Shown: positions 36,508-37,752 of the stretch, piece by piece
Numbering within the stretch: the first letter of the stretch is position 1
How the letters are laid out: every line of letters begins with the position of its first letter
DNA from: Clostridia bacterium
GTDB taxonomy: Bacteria; Bacillota; Clostridia; Oscillospirales; CAG-272
Direction: 5' to 3'
Assembly (NCBI GenBank): GCA_017501005.1
Contig: JAFVXT010000160.1
Location: forward strand, 1 to 37,752
Length of the DNA: 37,752 nt
Program-made: the position numbers and the translations under genes
The notes under the pieces: generated by a model
The model's input: only the letters and a program-made list of their open reading frames with translations
The model's database searches: none
What the model was told of the DNA's origin: nothing

Positions 36508-37752
36508 GTGAAAAAAATCCCGATATGGCTTCGGCATCTGGCGGGCGGCTTTTGCCTCTCATTGCCGATCTTGCTTGACGGCAAAGCACCGATTTTGGCG
36601 GCCGCGCTTGCCTTTTTCGCGGGGATTCCCGCGCTTTATCTGCTTTTTTCGGACGTACTCGGCGAAGAAAAGCACAGCTACCGCGCCTATCTTCACCGCG
36701 GCTTCTTCTTTGCCTACGGCTTTCACCTCGGTGTTTACCATTGGTTCATTTCGGTGTATCCGCTGGATTTCATTGCCGATTTCACAGCACTTGAAGCCAT
36801 TGGCGTGGTATGCGTGGCGTGGTTCGGCCTCGCGCTCGTGGCCACCGCCTGCTATGCCTTCATTCACCCGACCTTCGCGCTTGCCGCGCGCCTTCCCTTC
36901 GTGCGCCGTCACGCGCTTTTGCTGCCGCCTCTTTTCGCCGCGGTGATGACCGTCTTCTCCTATCTGATCTCCTTGACGTGGGCCGGCGTGCCGTGGGGCA
37001 ATCTTGCCCTTTCGCAAACGGCGCACCCCTACCTCATTGGCTCGGCCTCGCTTTTCGGCTCTTATTTGACAACATTCGTTGTCCTTTTTATCAACGGCAT
37101 GCTCGCACTTGCCCTCTATGCGTACAGGCATGCTGCGCTCAAAGCACGCACGTGGACGTGTACGCGCCTGCCGCTTCTGCTGGCGGCGTGTGTGTTCCTT
37201 CTGAACACGCTTACGGGCGCACTGCTTTATCACGCACCGCACGAGAAGGCGGGCACGCTCACCGTGCTTTTACTGCAGGGCAATGTTTCCTCGCGTGAGA
37301 AGTGGACGGGTGAGGGCGAAAGCCTTTTCGAGCGTTACGAGCGGCTTTTGCGCACCTCGGTGGCGGACTCTGACGAGGCGGGACGTCACCCCGATCTTGT
37401 GATCTGGAGCGAAAGTGCCCTGCTGACCGAGCTGCCGACGCATGAGCAAGATGCCACAGCTCACTCGCGCGCGCTTGCATCACTGTCAGAGGAGCTGCAG
37501 CTTGATCAGCTCGTCGGCGCGTTTTGTGAGGAAGAGGACGAGGACGGCACACTCAAGCGATACAATTCGCTCTTTCTTTACCGTGCGGACGGCACAGTTT
37601 CGGAAAATATCTATCACAAGCGCCGCCCCGTGCCCTTTGGTGAGTTCACACCCTGGAAGCCGCTGATCAACGCACTCTTCCCTTTTATGGCCGAGCTTGT
37701 GATGTCAAGTGATCTTTCGCCCGGGGAGGATTCCTGCGTCTTTTCCGAAGAC
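36508..37752 (+). CDS. lnt: Apolipoprotein N-acyltransferase; runs off the window's right edge
   Basis: Not in the ORF track. GTG after AAAGGAG, open to the end of the window. Multi-TM N-terminus, then GVPW..L..SQ, LLQGN, DLVIWSESA (catalytic Glu), YNS and YHKRRPVPFGE (catalytic Lys). Confidence 0.88.
   Translation, partial: MKKIPIWLRHLAGGFCLSLPILLDGKAPILAAALAFFAGIPALYLLFSDVLGEEKHSYRAYLHRGFFFAYGFHLGVYHWFISVYPLDFIADFTALEAIGVVCVAWFGLALVATACYAFIHPTFALAARLPFVRRHALLLPPLFAAVMTVFSYLISLTWAGVPWGNLALSQTAHPYLIGSASLFGSYLTTFVVLFINGMLALALYAYRHAALKARTWTCTRLPLLLAACVFLLNTLTGALLYHAPHEKAGTLTVLLLQGNVSSREKWTGEGESLFERYERLLRTSVADSDEAGRHPDLVIWSESALLTELPTHEQDATAHSRALASLSEELQLDQLVGAFCEEEDEDGTLKRYNSLFLYRADGTVSENIYHKRRPVPFGEFTPWKPLINALFPFMAELVMSSDLSPGEDSCVFSED

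Overview
This is a mostly housekeeping window from a moderately GC-rich Bacillota genome, probably Clostridia (Shine-Dalgarno GGAGG, sigmaA-type promoters, rpsD inside the alpha operon, a KOW gene between map and infA). From left to right it holds a BMP/Nup-type nucleoside or sugar ABC transporter, an amidohydrolase, a rhaB-rhaA-manA-like operon and a divergent DapF paralog lacking both catalytic cysteines. Next come a histidine phosphatase and the complete S10-spc-alpha ribosomal superoperon (rpsJ to rplQ, minus strand) with its promoter, S10 leader and terminator. The right end has an uncharacterised polytopic membrane protein co-transcribed with polA, the NnrE-NnrD fusion, a cytidylate-kinase-like gene, upp, an RluA-family synthase and a truncated lnt. 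I see no mobile element, CRISPR array, tRNA or rRNA, and no clear multi-gene novel system. The best leads are the DapF pseudoenzyme behind a perfect 19-bp palindrome, clamp-motif-like peptides in both PolA and its upstream membrane protein, a CTG start for infA, an enlarged SecY, Lnt in an apparent monoderm, and an aldolase-less rhamnose operon coupled to a phosphomannose isomerase. All calls come from reading motifs by eye; no searches were run.
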